This document shows, in pieces, positions 19,378 to 29,527 of a DNA stretch of 64,000 nt (positions are counted from its first letter, which is position 1; every line of letters starts with the position of its first letter). The DNA is from Promethearchaeota archaeon (GTDB lineage: Archaea; Asgardarchaeota; Lokiarchaeia; Sigyniarchaeales; SOKP01). Both the position numbers and the translations under genes were made by a program. The notes beneath the pieces were generated by a model, which saw only the letters and a list, made by a program, of their open reading frames with translations, was not told the DNA's origin and did no database searches. The DNA is taken from NCBI GenBank assembly GCA_016839555.1, contig JAEOUA010000011.1, positions 160,001-224,000 of the forward strand. Direction: 5' to 3'.

Positions 19378-21786
19378 TCATTCAGTTTCTTTTAAAATTT
19401 TATTAAGGGTTTCTATCGCATTTTCTATTATAGATTTGGAAGTCATTTTTTTAATGGTTTTTGCCATCATTTTATAGGATCCCGTGACTTCAATATCAAT
19501 TTCAGCAAAAACACCAATGCCAGATTCAATATCTTCAAAACTTATGGTATAAAACGTTGTACCTGGAGAAGGAACAACTTCAAATCTCGTAGAACGTTCA
19601 GTTCTTGGCCCAATCTCATTGGTTGAAATTTCTCTTCCCTGAACTACAGTAGTATGTTGTCCAATTGTATCAAAGAACTTGTTTATTATTTTTTGAAAAT
19701 TGGCTGGTTTCTCTTTTAATTCAAATATTAATTCCTTACCTTCAGGTTCTTCCTTTTGCTTTTCTTTACCAGTCACCACGACCCTCACACGACCGATATT
19801 CTGGATTCGTGCATGGCGAGTTTTAGGGTCGCCTTGTCTTTGTGAGGTTACACGAATCGCCGGGAAGTAAGTGGCACTCTCGGAAAAAGTATGAGTGTTT
19901 TTTACCTTTACATGAGTGCTCTTGGTGTCTTTAAGCTGCTCAGTTACTGGATACTCACCAGCACCCTCGAAATCCCATTCCACACCAACTACCGAACCAG
20001 CATCCGGTGGTGTTTCGATAACTGCAGAAAACTTAACTTTTTTCCCGACCTTGACGTCTGCACGCTCACCTCCGTTTACTTTAAGAGTGACCACCGGTTG
20101 AATCCCCTTACGCTCCGCAGCGGTTAGTGGCACTTCCACTTGGCCATCTACCACTTTATATGTAGTACTTGCTGGAGGTGCCACGCCTTTTTCAACCCAT
20201 GCGCTCACATCGCGAAGTGCCTGTTGCAACACACCACCATAATTTATAATCCGAGTGGTTATTATTGGAAGGGTATCAAACTGCGTGACTACAGGTGGAG
20301 TATGCATTGCACGGTCAATGAACCAAAGCCGGTAGTTATCATCAAACTTTTCTTCCAATGCGGCTTTTACCTTCGAACGATACCAATCAGCCTGCCAAGG
20401 AAAGGCAATTTCATCCATTAAGTTTTCAACCACGATCATCTTGCCCTCAAACTTACCAGTTTGAATTGAACCAGCGCCCCCCATGGCGTAGCGCGGTCCT
20501 ACAAACTCGGCTCGCTGCGGATACAGAGGTTTACCATTAGCATCTCGGAAATAATCATAGACATAGTATTCAGGTGGGGGAATCTGATGACGATGATAGG
20601 TTTGAATGGCGAGATAGTTAGAATTATCGATTAGCACTGCGTCTCCTACCTTGATCTTAGCTAAAGCTCGGTAGTAGGCTGCGCCGTAAGCGATCATTAC
20701 CATGTTATCGAATGCTGCAATAGCATAAGCCACGCAACCCTCTGCTTCACCACTTTTAAGAAAAATTGAAGCTCCCTGCAGGTCACCATCAGGCACACTT
20801 TCCAATACTAACCCTGCTGGGACCGTTATGTTACCCATTTGCCCAGCAGATATAGACAATGACCCTCCCATTTTCCTGACGTCATCGGGCATAATAAGTT
20901 TGCTGATAGTTGTTTTATGTTTGATTTTAGCGTCTAAAAGCGACTGGGGCGGGTTTGCACCAAGATAGCCCGATTTATTCCAAAAATCTTCAAAGTATGT
21001 GGGATCCCATTCAATCGTTTGGTCAAGGAGGGTAGTTAAGACTCCCGTATAGCCGAACGCTATCCTCGTGTAATTGAACCAAGCTTTTGGAGGAAATCCC
21101 ATCCTAGTCACTTCGGTGAGTGCCTCTCGTTCTTCTTCATTTAGGTCAGCATACATATCTCCACTACCACCAGGTTCTATCGCATCGACGATGGTTGGTA
21201 TTTTTTCCTTCAATATGCGCATAGCATGAGCTTGTACCGTGAAATTATTTAGCATAGCCATTGGTGTAGCGTGAATAAATGGCACAACACCATCCCAGAC
21301 ACCAACTGTGTTCTCTATACAACTCATGGTCTTATATGCCCCTCCACTACCACCCCAAGCATAACCATAGGGTCGGTGAGGATCATACATCTCCGAGGCT
21401 AAAACACGCGAGTATTTCGCAACAGCCGCACTGGTCCGATACCCAGCGATGGTGGGATCATCACCTGGAAACATGTCCTTTCTCCCCAGATTTGATTCTA
21501 CAAAATAAGCCCCGCTATCGAATACAAAATCTAATGAATAGCTAGGTTCAGGATAATCTGGGTTCTGTGCAAGATTCTCATTTCCAGATATCGGCATAAT
21601 ATACTGGAAGAACCGGCCTTCATATTGTTCTTTCGGCGGGAAATAGAATGAAAATCTGGCATCCGTGCCTTTAAAGCCACCATGAACGTATCGATGGCGA
21701 GCGGGCTCGTCCCGCCACTCATCAATATCTATATATGGCTCGGTAAAAAAAGAATCTCTTGATTCACTAGACTCATTTGCTGTTAT
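19378..21786 (-). CDS. Alpha/beta-hydrolase (tannase-like) plus PKD-domain protein with an extra C-terminal domain; probable ATA start
   Basis: GYAWGGSGGAY nucleophile-elbow motif; PKD-like VEWDFEGAGEY. The frame is open upstream of the ATG at 21597 through EPYIDIDEWRDEPARHRYVHGGFKG to an ATA at 21786 preceded by AGGAGA. GC is visibly higher than in the flanks. Confidence 0.75.
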   Translation of the reverse strand: MTANESSESRDSFFTEPYIDIDEWRDEPARHRYVHGGFKGTDARFSFYFPPKEQYEGRFFQYIMPISGNENLAQNPDYPEPSYSLDFVFDSGAYFVESNLGRKDMFPGDDPTIAGYRTSAAVAKYSRVLASEMYDPHRPYGYAWGGSGGAYKTMSCIENTVGVWDGVVPFIHATPMAMLNNFTVQAHAMRILKEKIPTIVDAIEPGGSGDMYADLNEEEREALTEVTRMGFPPKAWFNYTRIAFGYTGVLTTLLDQTIEWDPTYFEDFWNKSGYLGANPPQSLLDAKIKHKTTISKLIMPDDVRKMGGSLSISAGQMGNITVPAGLVLESVPDGDLQGASIFLKSGEAEGCVAYAIAAFDNMVMIAYGAAYYRALAKIKVGDAVLIDNSNYLAIQTYHRHQIPPPEYYVYDYFRDANGKPLYPQRAEFVGPRYAMGGAGSIQTGKFEGKMIVVENLMDEIAFPWQADWYRSKVKAALEEKFDDNYRLWFIDRAMHTPPVVTQFDTLPIITTRIINYGGVLQQALRDVSAWVEKGVAPPASTTYKVVDGQVEVPLTAAERKGIQPVVTLKVNGGERADVKVGKKVKFSAVIETPPDAGSVVGVEWDFEGAGEYPVTEQLKDTKSTHVKVKNTHTFSESATYFPAIRVTSQRQGDPKTRHARIQNIGRVRVVVTGKEKQKEEPEGKELIFELKEKPANFQKIINKFFDTIGQHTTVVQGREISTNEIGPRTERSTRFEVVPSPGTTFYTISFEDIESGIGVFAEIDIEVTGSYKMMAKTIKKMTSKSIIENAIETLNKILKETE

Positions 21787-21844
21787 AATAATACATCTCC
21801 TTTTTTTTATTTAGATATAATTTTTAATTCCATTTTAAATGAAC

Positions 21845-21863
21845 TTACGGTAATATACCGTAA
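21845..21863. promoter_or_regulatory. Perfect inverted repeat TTACGGTA-ATA-TACCGTAA; candidate operator
   Basis: 8-bp arms with a 3-nt spacer, in the short intergenic region between the divergent hydrolase and HTH regulator genes. Confidence 0.65.
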
Positions 21864-21951
21864 AGCTAATAAAAAAAGAATTTTATTATATATAATAATC
21901 TTAAGCTTGAAATTTCAAGTTATCTGTAACTATTAATAATTATACTAACAA

Positions 21952-22599
21952 ATGAAGAAACTAAAGAAGATTGTTCTGAAAATCCCTTTAGATCTAAAAT
22001 CTAAGGAATTCTTTGGTCTACTAGAAAGATATGAGTTACTCCAAATACACCGTCAAAACGAGGATCAAATCTTTGCAACACAGAAGGTAAAATTCAAGGA
22101 TCCTAAAATGCATCCAAAAATGTTGGAAGGAGAACATTATGGGATGTCATATATAGAAGTTATAAAAGAGGACAAGGAGAATAATGAATTTATTTTCTTT
22201 TCTAAGCATAACTGGGTTAAGCAAACGAAAGAATTCCTCGATAAATTAGATCTAATCATCGATCCCCCTATCATTCTAGATCAAGATCGTCTTTTAGTAA
22301 GTATTATAACAGAAAGTAAAAATGTTGATGAATTTATTAATTCCCTAAATCATTTTTATGATGAAGAATTGCAAATTCTAAGTATATCTCATATACCTCT
22401 TAACTATGAAAATCTTTTCTTAAAATTAACAGACCGTCAGAAAGAAATTGTTTACTATGCTGTTCATAATGGATATTTTGAAATACCTCGCAGAATCAAT
22501 TCAAAAAAAATCGCTAAGCATTTTAAAATTTCTCGGAGTGCATTTTATGACCATTTGCGAAAAATAGAAAAAACAATTTATCACTCAATATTCTATTAA
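21952..22599 (+). CDS. Transcriptional regulator with a C-terminal HTH_10 (bacterio-opsin activator type) domain
   Basis: LTDRQKEIVYYAVHNGYFEIPRRINSKKIAKHFKISRSAFYDHLRKIEK. Confidence 0.9.
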   Translation: MKKLKKIVLKIPLDLKSKEFFGLLERYELLQIHRQNEDQIFATQKVKFKDPKMHPKMLEGEHYGMSYIEVIKEDKENNEFIFFSKHNWVKQTKEFLDKLDLIIDPPIILDQDRLLVSIITESKNVDEFINSLNHFYDEELQILSISHIPLNYENLFLKLTDRQKEIVYYAVHNGYFEIPRRINSKKIAKHFKISRSAFYDHLRKIEKTIYHSIFY

Positions 22600-22798
22600 T
22601 GATTATCTTATAATAACAATTAAATGTTCAAAATTAAGGAAAAGAATGTTTAAGAAATCTTCTTTTTGACTCAAATTATGAATCTTTTATAATTTTATGA
22701 ACTTTAATGAATTTTTAAAAAAATTTTAATAGTTAAAAAATGAATATTAAATTATTTAAAATTCAAATGTATAAAATAATCAATTAAGAAAAAAGAAA

Positions 22799-24235
22799 AT
22801 GAATAAAAAAGAAAATATAAATAAAAAGTCAAATTCTATAGGTAAAAAAGCATCATTATACAGTTTTGGCCATGTAGCAGATACAGTATCCTACCAATCT
22901 TTTACATTATTATCATTTGTATTTTATTTTGCTATTGTAAAAGTTCCTACTCTGTATATTACGATTGGATTTTGCATCTGGTCAATATGGAATGCCTTCA
23001 ATGACCCCTTGCTTGGTTATTTCTCTGATCGAACCCATACAAAATGGGGAAGGAGAATTCCTTATATTATTTTTTCTTTTATTCCATTAGCAATCATAAC
23101 AGTTTTAATATATACACCCCCTCTTCCGGGATCAGAAGCGCCTACTGGACAGCTTATTAACTTTATATACTTTCTTATTATTATTATGGTGTTTGAATTG
23201 TTTTATACAATGTTTAGTCTTAATATGGTTGCACTTTTTCCAGAAATTTTCCTTTCAGATGAAGAAAGAAGAATAGGGAATAATATTAGACAATTTTTCT
23301 TAATTATAGGATTATTCATAGGAGTTATTTTACCAGGTATGATTATTGGAGATTTTACTGATGCCTCGAAGCACATCAACTATATAATTGTTGGAATAAT
23401 TATTGCAATCACAATAATACTTGGAGCGCTAATATTTTTAAAATTTGGTCCTAAAGAAAGGGATGCATTCAAAGAGGATTATAAAAAAGCACCAGGTTTT
23501 TTTCAAGCATTAAAATTATGCATAAAAAGTAAAAGCTTTATGTGGTATATCCCAGCGGAAATTGCGAACTGGTATGTATATGGATTATTACTTCCCATTG
23601 TACCACTCTATGGAGAATTTGTATTAGGACTTGAAGAAGGAGCAGTTATGATCTCATTATTTCTTGCTGCGACATTTCTCTCAGCGATCTTATTTATTAC
23701 AGTTTTATGGAAGCCAGCTGTGAGAAAAATCGGAAATAGAAAAGCATGGTTATGCTCTATGACGATTTGGATTGCCACATTTATACCACTATTCTTTCTA
23801 GGACCTAGTATGGAAATAATTGCGCTTATATCTTTCTTTTTTATTGGTCTTGGATTAGCTGGCTCTCTATATATAATAGATCTTATAATTTCAGATATAG
23901 TTGATGAAGACGAGGCTACTTGCGGATATAGAAGAGAAGCAGCTTATTATGGTGTGAATGCCTTGTTTTTGCGATTTAGTACTATTTTTGTTATGATATC
24001 TATAGGTCTTGTATTTACAAGCTCGGGATGGCGAGTTTTTAAACCTGAGAATGTAACTGCCACTACAATATTAGGCCTAAGGTTCTTAATGGTAATTCTC
24101 CCAATAATTGCAATTTTAATCGCTATTATTGTAATATATAAATATCCCTTACATGGAGAGAAATTAAAAAACGTTCAAAAAGAGTTAGATAGAATACACC
24201 AAGAAAAGGAATCTAAAATAAAAGGTTTAACTTAA
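22799..24235 (+). CDS. MFS glycoside-pentoside-hexuronide (GPH/MelB-like) transporter
   Basis: WNAFNDPLLGYFSDRTHTKWGRRIPYI; ISDIVDEDE..GYRREAAYYG; about 12 TM helices. Confidence 0.92.
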   Translation: MNKKENINKKSNSIGKKASLYSFGHVADTVSYQSFTLLSFVFYFAIVKVPTLYITIGFCIWSIWNAFNDPLLGYFSDRTHTKWGRRIPYIIFSFIPLAIITVLIYTPPLPGSEAPTGQLINFIYFLIIIMVFELFYTMFSLNMVALFPEIFLSDEERRIGNNIRQFFLIIGLFIGVILPGMIIGDFTDASKHINYIIVGIIIAITIILGALIFLKFGPKERDAFKEDYKKAPGFFQALKLCIKSKSFMWYIPAEIANWYVYGLLLPIVPLYGEFVLGLEEGAVMISLFLAATFLSAILFITVLWKPAVRKIGNRKAWLCSMTIWIATFIPLFFLGPSMEIIALISFFFIGLGLAGSLYIIDLIISDIVDEDEATCGYRREAAYYGVNALFLRFSTIFVMISIGLVFTSSGWRVFKPENVTATTILGLRFLMVILPIIAILIAIIVIYKYPLHGEKLKNVQKELDRIHQEKESKIKGLT

Positions 24236-24300
24236 AATATATAAAGTTTTAAGGTTTTTTAGTTTCAAACCTCCATTTTTTTATATTATTAAGTTTTTTT

Positions 24301-25548
24301 TTAAAAATATTCATTATTATAATTCTGAATGGCTTCAAACATAGCTAATATGTTTTCAGGTGGGACATCGGGTAAAATATTATGCACCGTGTTCCATATA
24401 TATCCCCCTCCTGGGGCAAATATTTCTAATAATTCAAATACATGTTTCTTTACATTTTTCGGGGATTTCCTATTAATAACATTTCTAGTATCTGCTCCAC
24501 CACCCCAGAAAGTAATTTCATCCCCAAAATTCTCCTTTAAAAACTTTGGTTCCATATCTCTAGCGTTAATTTGAACAGGATTAAGAATATCGATTCCTAT
24601 TTCTATAAAATCTGGGATAATTGGAATAATTGAGCCACAACAATGTAGAAATATCTTCATATCTGAATTTTTTTTTATATATTCACATACCTCTTTCAAT
24701 TTCGGTTTTATTAACTCTCGAAAGAGATCTGGATTCATAAAAAGACCATTATTTTCTCCGTAATCATCTCCAATACAAATTATATCAACTAAATCTCCCA
24801 CGTATTTACAAATCATTGTTAAAGATACTTTTTGAAGTTCTAAAACCAGATTTAAAAAATTTTCAACCTCTGCGGGACGTCTCATTATGTCAATTAAAAA
24901 CTTATCCATTGGTATTAAAGCTGTTCCAAATTGGAAAAAACTAACTCCTGCGCCCAAGCATAGTGCTCTGTCAGTATTTTTTTTAAAATCTATTGTTCTC
25001 CTTCTAAAATCACGCCAAAATCCTTTCTGGTTTAAATGATCCATGGGGGCCGTTATCATTTCAAATCCTGCCATTTTTGGCATAGCTTTTAGAAGATCAT
25101 TCATATTTTTAGGATATTTATCTTTACATGGAAAATATGTTTGGTCTATAACTTTTGCTGCTTCTGACATTCGTGCTAAAACAGTTCCATCAGTATGAAC
25201 GACTTCAATCGAATTATCCTCATTAAATTTAGGTTTAAACCATACTGGAAATTGCGCCTCAATACCATTAACATTTACATAATACCAATCTTCATCCTTT
25301 GTATTGTAAATCCTTCCGACATCAATTGCATCCACTGAAAATCGGTCTAGTATCATATTTTCTGGTTGAGCTAACTGTTGAGCAACATCATAAATTCTTA
25401 CATATCCAGATTTAATTCCAAGATATTTTTTAAGTCGAGAATAGGCTATTGCTGAAATACCAGTTGTATTTGTAGCACCCAAATCTACTGGGATTCGATC
25501 AGGCTCTTCATGATTAATGGCAGCAAAAATTCTTTCTCGAGAATTCAT
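24301..25548 (-). CDS. Uroporphyrinogen decarboxylase / MtaA-CmuA methyltransferase superfamily protein
   Basis: MNSRERI..AINHEEPDRIPVD, GDDYG, FLHCCG, DILNPVQ, FWGGGADT and GGGYIWNTVHNI. Confidence 0.88.
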   Translation of the reverse strand: MNSRERIFAAINHEEPDRIPVDLGATNTTGISAIAYSRLKKYLGIKSGYVRIYDVAQQLAQPENMILDRFSVDAIDVGRIYNTKDEDWYYVNVNGIEAQFPVWFKPKFNEDNSIEVVHTDGTVLARMSEAAKVIDQTYFPCKDKYPKNMNDLLKAMPKMAGFEMITAPMDHLNQKGFWRDFRRRTIDFKKNTDRALCLGAGVSFFQFGTALIPMDKFLIDIMRRPAEVENFLNLVLELQKVSLTMICKYVGDLVDIICIGDDYGENNGLFMNPDLFRELIKPKLKEVCEYIKKNSDMKIFLHCCGSIIPIIPDFIEIGIDILNPVQINARDMEPKFLKENFGDEITFWGGGADTRNVINRKSPKNVKKHVFELLEIFAPGGGYIWNTVHNILPDVPPENILAMFEAIQNYNNEYF

Positions 25549-25747
25549 ATTATAATTTCTTTTTACTTTTTTGTTCTATTTTTTAACATATTATTAAAGA
25601 TTTCTTAATATTAGAAAATAATTTTGAATATTTTAAAACATAGTTGATAATATTTATGTAATATAAATAAAAAATAAGGATAATAATAATTTAAAAATCA
25701 TAGTCTTATGTAAACAAATCCCTTTTTAATATTAAAACTCAAAAGAT

Positions 25748-28231
25748 ATGAAATTAGAAAATGATAAATATAGGATTAATTTTAAATTTAAACACGGCAT
25801 TTTAGATCAAAATATTAAAATTAAAACACAAAAAGGTTTTATTCCTGTTTTACGTAATTTTAACAATAAAAATATAATAAATTTTTCAAATAAACCATTA
25901 TATTTTTCAGCAATAAAGGGAAATAGAAATCCTAATAATTTTAATTTCATAATTAAATCTGATTCTGATATTGATATAGAATTTATTCCATCTATTGATA
26001 ATGAAGAGAATACTATTTATGAGAAATATGTAATCTTATTTCATAAAAAGAAAACATTATCCAAAATCTTAGCTGAGTTCGAAATTTGTTTAGGAAATCA
26101 AGCCGGTTTTGTTTGGGTACCACATCTCAGACCAAAACAAAAATATGTTATTGGAGATCATATTTTTAGATCTCCAGTAATTATCTATTCATCCAAAACT
26201 ATTGCATGTGCGTTAATTCCAGATTTAGATGAACTTAAAGAAAATAGACGATACCCCACTTATCTTAATTTGGAGATATACTCAAAAAATGAGAAAAATC
26301 CATACTTATCTTATGGTTTTGGGAAATATAAACCAGTAAAACATGTCTTTTTCAAAAAACAATGGTATAAGAAAATGAAATTCAAAAAAGGAGATTCCCT
26401 TACTTTTGGCTATTATATAAAGTTATTTCATAATAAATCACGCTCAGAACTTATCAAGACAATAAATTCATTTTTATGGATTAAATATGGTAAAAAACTA
26501 CTAAGACAGAATTTGAATCCTCAAATTCTTCCTTATAATATTAACGTACAAGAAGGCTTAAAAGCAATATTTAAGAGACATGAATATTGGGGCAATTTTT
26601 ATATAAATAATAAAAAGTGTGGTGGTATATGGCAAAGAAGTTGGTTAGGGAAGAAAAAGGCACCTTTAGAATATGTAGAACCAAAAGATTTAGCTTCTCA
26701 TAAAAAAGCCAGAATGAAAGAAATAGTTGGTACAAAATCAATTTTAGGGAAAATAATAATAAATATATCTTTTTCACCGAAGACTATTAAATTTTTTGAT
26801 AAGTTCACAAGAAATTATCCTATTGTACGTCGTGTGGCTGAAGTTTGGAACAATGCCTGGTTCTTAAACATTAGAACTGGATTTGGAATTAAATTATTTG
26901 GTATTGTTTATAATGATAATGATCTTATTGAAAAAGGGAATAGAATTTTAAATACTTTATTGAATTTACCACGGAAAAGAGGTTTATTTCCAAGTGTCAT
27001 TTTACCCGCAACTAAAAACGCTCAAGATTTCTCATTCATTAATGGAGTTAAAGGTTTTAGATATGATGATGAATTTCATCTTGTTGATTGTTCACTTGCC
27101 ATGTATTGGGCACTAAAATATTATCAATATTTTGAAAAAAATGAATTAATCAACGATTTGTCCTTAAAGTTAATAAATACTATAAAAGAGATTCAATTGG
27201 ATAATGGAGCAATTCCAACATATTTACGAATTGATGATTATAGTGAGAAACCTTTTATCAGCGAAAAATTAATTAATTCTGCTAGTTCTGGTGCATCAAT
27301 GATGTTTATTTTGGAATATTATAAAATAATGAAAGAAAAAGATTTAATACTAATGGCAAAACGGATTGCTAAATTTATTCATCATGAAATATTACCAAAG
27401 AATAAATGGCAGGATTTTGAACCATTTTATAGCTGTACGAATCTACCACTTAAGTTTTATGATAAATTCACTGAGAACAATGTGATGAATTGTCTTTCAA
27501 TTTATTGGTGTGCAGAAGGATTCAAAGAGTTGTATAAAATAACTAAAAATTCCAAATATTTAAAAATAGGAGAACATATACTTGGATTATTATCCCTATT
27601 TCAACAAGTTTGGAATTTGCCTTATATCGATTATAATACTTTTGGTGGTTTTGGTGCTCAAAATGCCGACGCAGAACTTGGAGATGCTAGGCAAGGATTA
27701 TTTGTCCGTACATATATGGATTATTATTTACTCACTGGAAATAAAGAATATATGGAGAGAGGAATTGCTGCCTTAAGAGCATGTTGGGCATTACAATTAC
27801 TAGAAGAATATAAAGATCAATGCCCTGGAAATTTATTAGGTATTGATAGCATAAAAGATATTGATAAAGGTTGCGTGAATGAGAATTATGGTCATTCGGG
27901 AATAGACTTTCGGACCCCTGGTTATGAAATGTTTGATTGGGGTATAGGAACATCAATTATGGCTACAGCTTACGTTAAATATAACTTTGGAGATCTATTT
28001 ATAGACTTTAAAGAACAAGCTGTTTGGGGAATTGATGGTCTTTTAATTGAAGAATATAATTTTAGTTCTAATATTATTGAAATATATTGCAAAATCATTC
28101 TAAATAAAAAAAATATTATCATAAAAGCTAGAAATATACCAGAAAATCTCATAAATATAAAAATTAATAATCAGCTAATTAAATTAAGAGACAATAATCA
28201 ATTAAAAAAAGGGTTTATATTTACTATTTAA
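25748..28231 (+). CDS. Large soluble protein with a C-terminal (alpha/alpha)6 glycosidase-like domain
   Basis: Helix-hairpin repeats (IQLDNGAIP, ELYKITKNSKYL, DYYLLTGNKEYMERG); conserved-looking DFEPFYSC, GGFGAQNADAE and ENYGH. Confidence 0.6.
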   Translation: MKLENDKYRINFKFKHGILDQNIKIKTQKGFIPVLRNFNNKNIINFSNKPLYFSAIKGNRNPNNFNFIIKSDSDIDIEFIPSIDNEENTIYEKYVILFHKKKTLSKILAEFEICLGNQAGFVWVPHLRPKQKYVIGDHIFRSPVIIYSSKTIACALIPDLDELKENRRYPTYLNLEIYSKNEKNPYLSYGFGKYKPVKHVFFKKQWYKKMKFKKGDSLTFGYYIKLFHNKSRSELIKTINSFLWIKYGKKLLRQNLNPQILPYNINVQEGLKAIFKRHEYWGNFYINNKKCGGIWQRSWLGKKKAPLEYVEPKDLASHKKARMKEIVGTKSILGKIIINISFSPKTIKFFDKFTRNYPIVRRVAEVWNNAWFLNIRTGFGIKLFGIVYNDNDLIEKGNRILNTLLNLPRKRGLFPSVILPATKNAQDFSFINGVKGFRYDDEFHLVDCSLAMYWALKYYQYFEKNELINDLSLKLINTIKEIQLDNGAIPTYLRIDDYSEKPFISEKLINSASSGASMMFILEYYKIMKEKDLILMAKRIAKFIHHEILPKNKWQDFEPFYSCTNLPLKFYDKFTENNVMNCLSIYWCAEGFKELYKITKNSKYLKIGEHILGLLSLFQQVWNLPYIDYNTFGGFGAQNADAELGDARQGLFVRTYMDYYLLTGNKEYMERGIAALRACWALQLLEEYKDQCPGNLLGIDSIKDIDKGCVNENYGHSGIDFRTPGYEMFDWGIGTSIMATAYVKYNFGDLFIDFKEQAVWGIDGLLIEEYNFSSNIIEIYCKIILNKKNIIIKARNIPENLINIKINNQLIKLRDNNQLKKGFIFTI

Positions 28232-28390
28232 AATTTTTTATAAGAAAGGTATTATTAAAAGAATTATTTTGGTTTAAAATATTATCATTAAAATTTTTAA
28301 TATTTTTAAATCAGACATATAGAGAGCCTTAGAAGATAAATATGAGAAATATCATTTTATAAAGTTAATGATATTATTGAATTCGTATAA

Positions 28391-29527
28391 TTAGTAACTT
28401 AAGAGAAATTTATTTCCTAAATGCACGTTATTTAAGTATTTCTTAGCAATAATGAGACATCTCATAGCTTGTTCATTAGGGTTAATTCCTAAATCTCTCA
28501 TCTGATAATCGGGATGGAAGACTAATAATGAATAGGGAATATTTTCATCTATGGAGCTAATAAATTGGGCAATTTTTTCAACATCTTTATAAATTGTGTA
28601 TCCAGGCACTAAAAGAGTGCATCCACTTAGCTCTGGCATTTCTTTTTCTCTCGTTCCAAAATATTTTTCTGCTAAGAATTTAAAATTAGAAAGTGTTCGT
28701 TTATTAGTATTACCACATAAAGCATAGTTTAATTTTTCATAAAATGCTTTTAAATCAAATTTAATATTTCCGCCGGTTTTTATTGCGATTTTCATGCATT
28801 CTTCAACCAAATCTCTATTTCCACTTCCATTCCATTCCCAACACACTCGAAATTTTCTTTTTTTTTGGTATTTTATCTTTTTAAGTATCAGATTTGAAAT
28901 CCTTATTGTAAATCTAAGTTGAGGTTCAGGGGTCCCTCCAAAATAACAGATACACGTAATTTTTTCATTATTAGCAATTTCCTCAGCTACATCTTCCGCA
29001 CATACTAGATTTCTTTTTGAAATAATCTTATGAGAGGCATTTTGACAAAATAAACAATCAAAAGAACAACCATACAAAAAGGCGGCATAACTGTAAGTGC
29101 CAAATTCAGGACCTTGATAATTGGAATATTCAGGAAATCCATATTCAGTTCCAGCAGGACAAAACCAAGCATTGCAGCAGTTTGTAGGATTTGAATCGAG
29201 ATATCCATGTAGATAACCTTCTGATTGATTAGGCATAGGTAGCTTTCCTTCCCTATCCTTTTTTATATTTCGCAAGCCACAATAACTTGTATCCTCCTCT
29301 GAAAGCCTACATTCATTTATACATAAATTACAGATAAATTTTAATTCTGATTCGGGGCATTTTGGAGGGGATGGGGGCAATCCTACTTGTTCTCGAACTC
29401 TCGCATGAATGGACATAACATGACTTTTTACTCTCTCCCAATCCTTGGTAAGAATACACTCCCTGCAAATCTTGAGAGTCTGTGAAATTAATTTATCTTT
29501 TTTCCCACAAAATTCACAAGTACCCAT
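28391..29527 (-). CDS. Radical SAM protein (PflA/AmmeMemoRadiSam-like)
   Basis: GCSFDCLFCQN (CX3CX2C), YFGGTP, WEWNG, KFDLKA and LLVFHPDY; N-terminal Cys clusters. Confidence 0.9.
   Translation of the reverse strand: MGTCEFCGKKDKLISQTLKICRECILTKDWERVKSHVMSIHARVREQVGLPPSPPKCPESELKFICNLCINECRLSEEDTSYCGLRNIKKDREGKLPMPNQSEGYLHGYLDSNPTNCCNAWFCPAGTEYGFPEYSNYQGPEFGTYSYAAFLYGCSFDCLFCQNASHKIISKRNLVCAEDVAEEIANNEKITCICYFGGTPEPQLRFTIRISNLILKKIKYQKKRKFRVCWEWNGSGNRDLVEECMKIAIKTGGNIKFDLKAFYEKLNYALCGNTNKRTLSNFKFLAEKYFGTREKEMPELSGCTLLVPGYTIYKDVEKIAQFISSIDENIPYSLLVFHPDYQMRDLGINPNEQAMRCLIIAKKYLNNVHLGNKFLLSY

Noticed and set aside
19891-21725. Cluster of alternative-frame ORFs inside the hydrolase gene
   Set aside because: Expected by-product of the locally higher GC content, which gives fewer stop codons.
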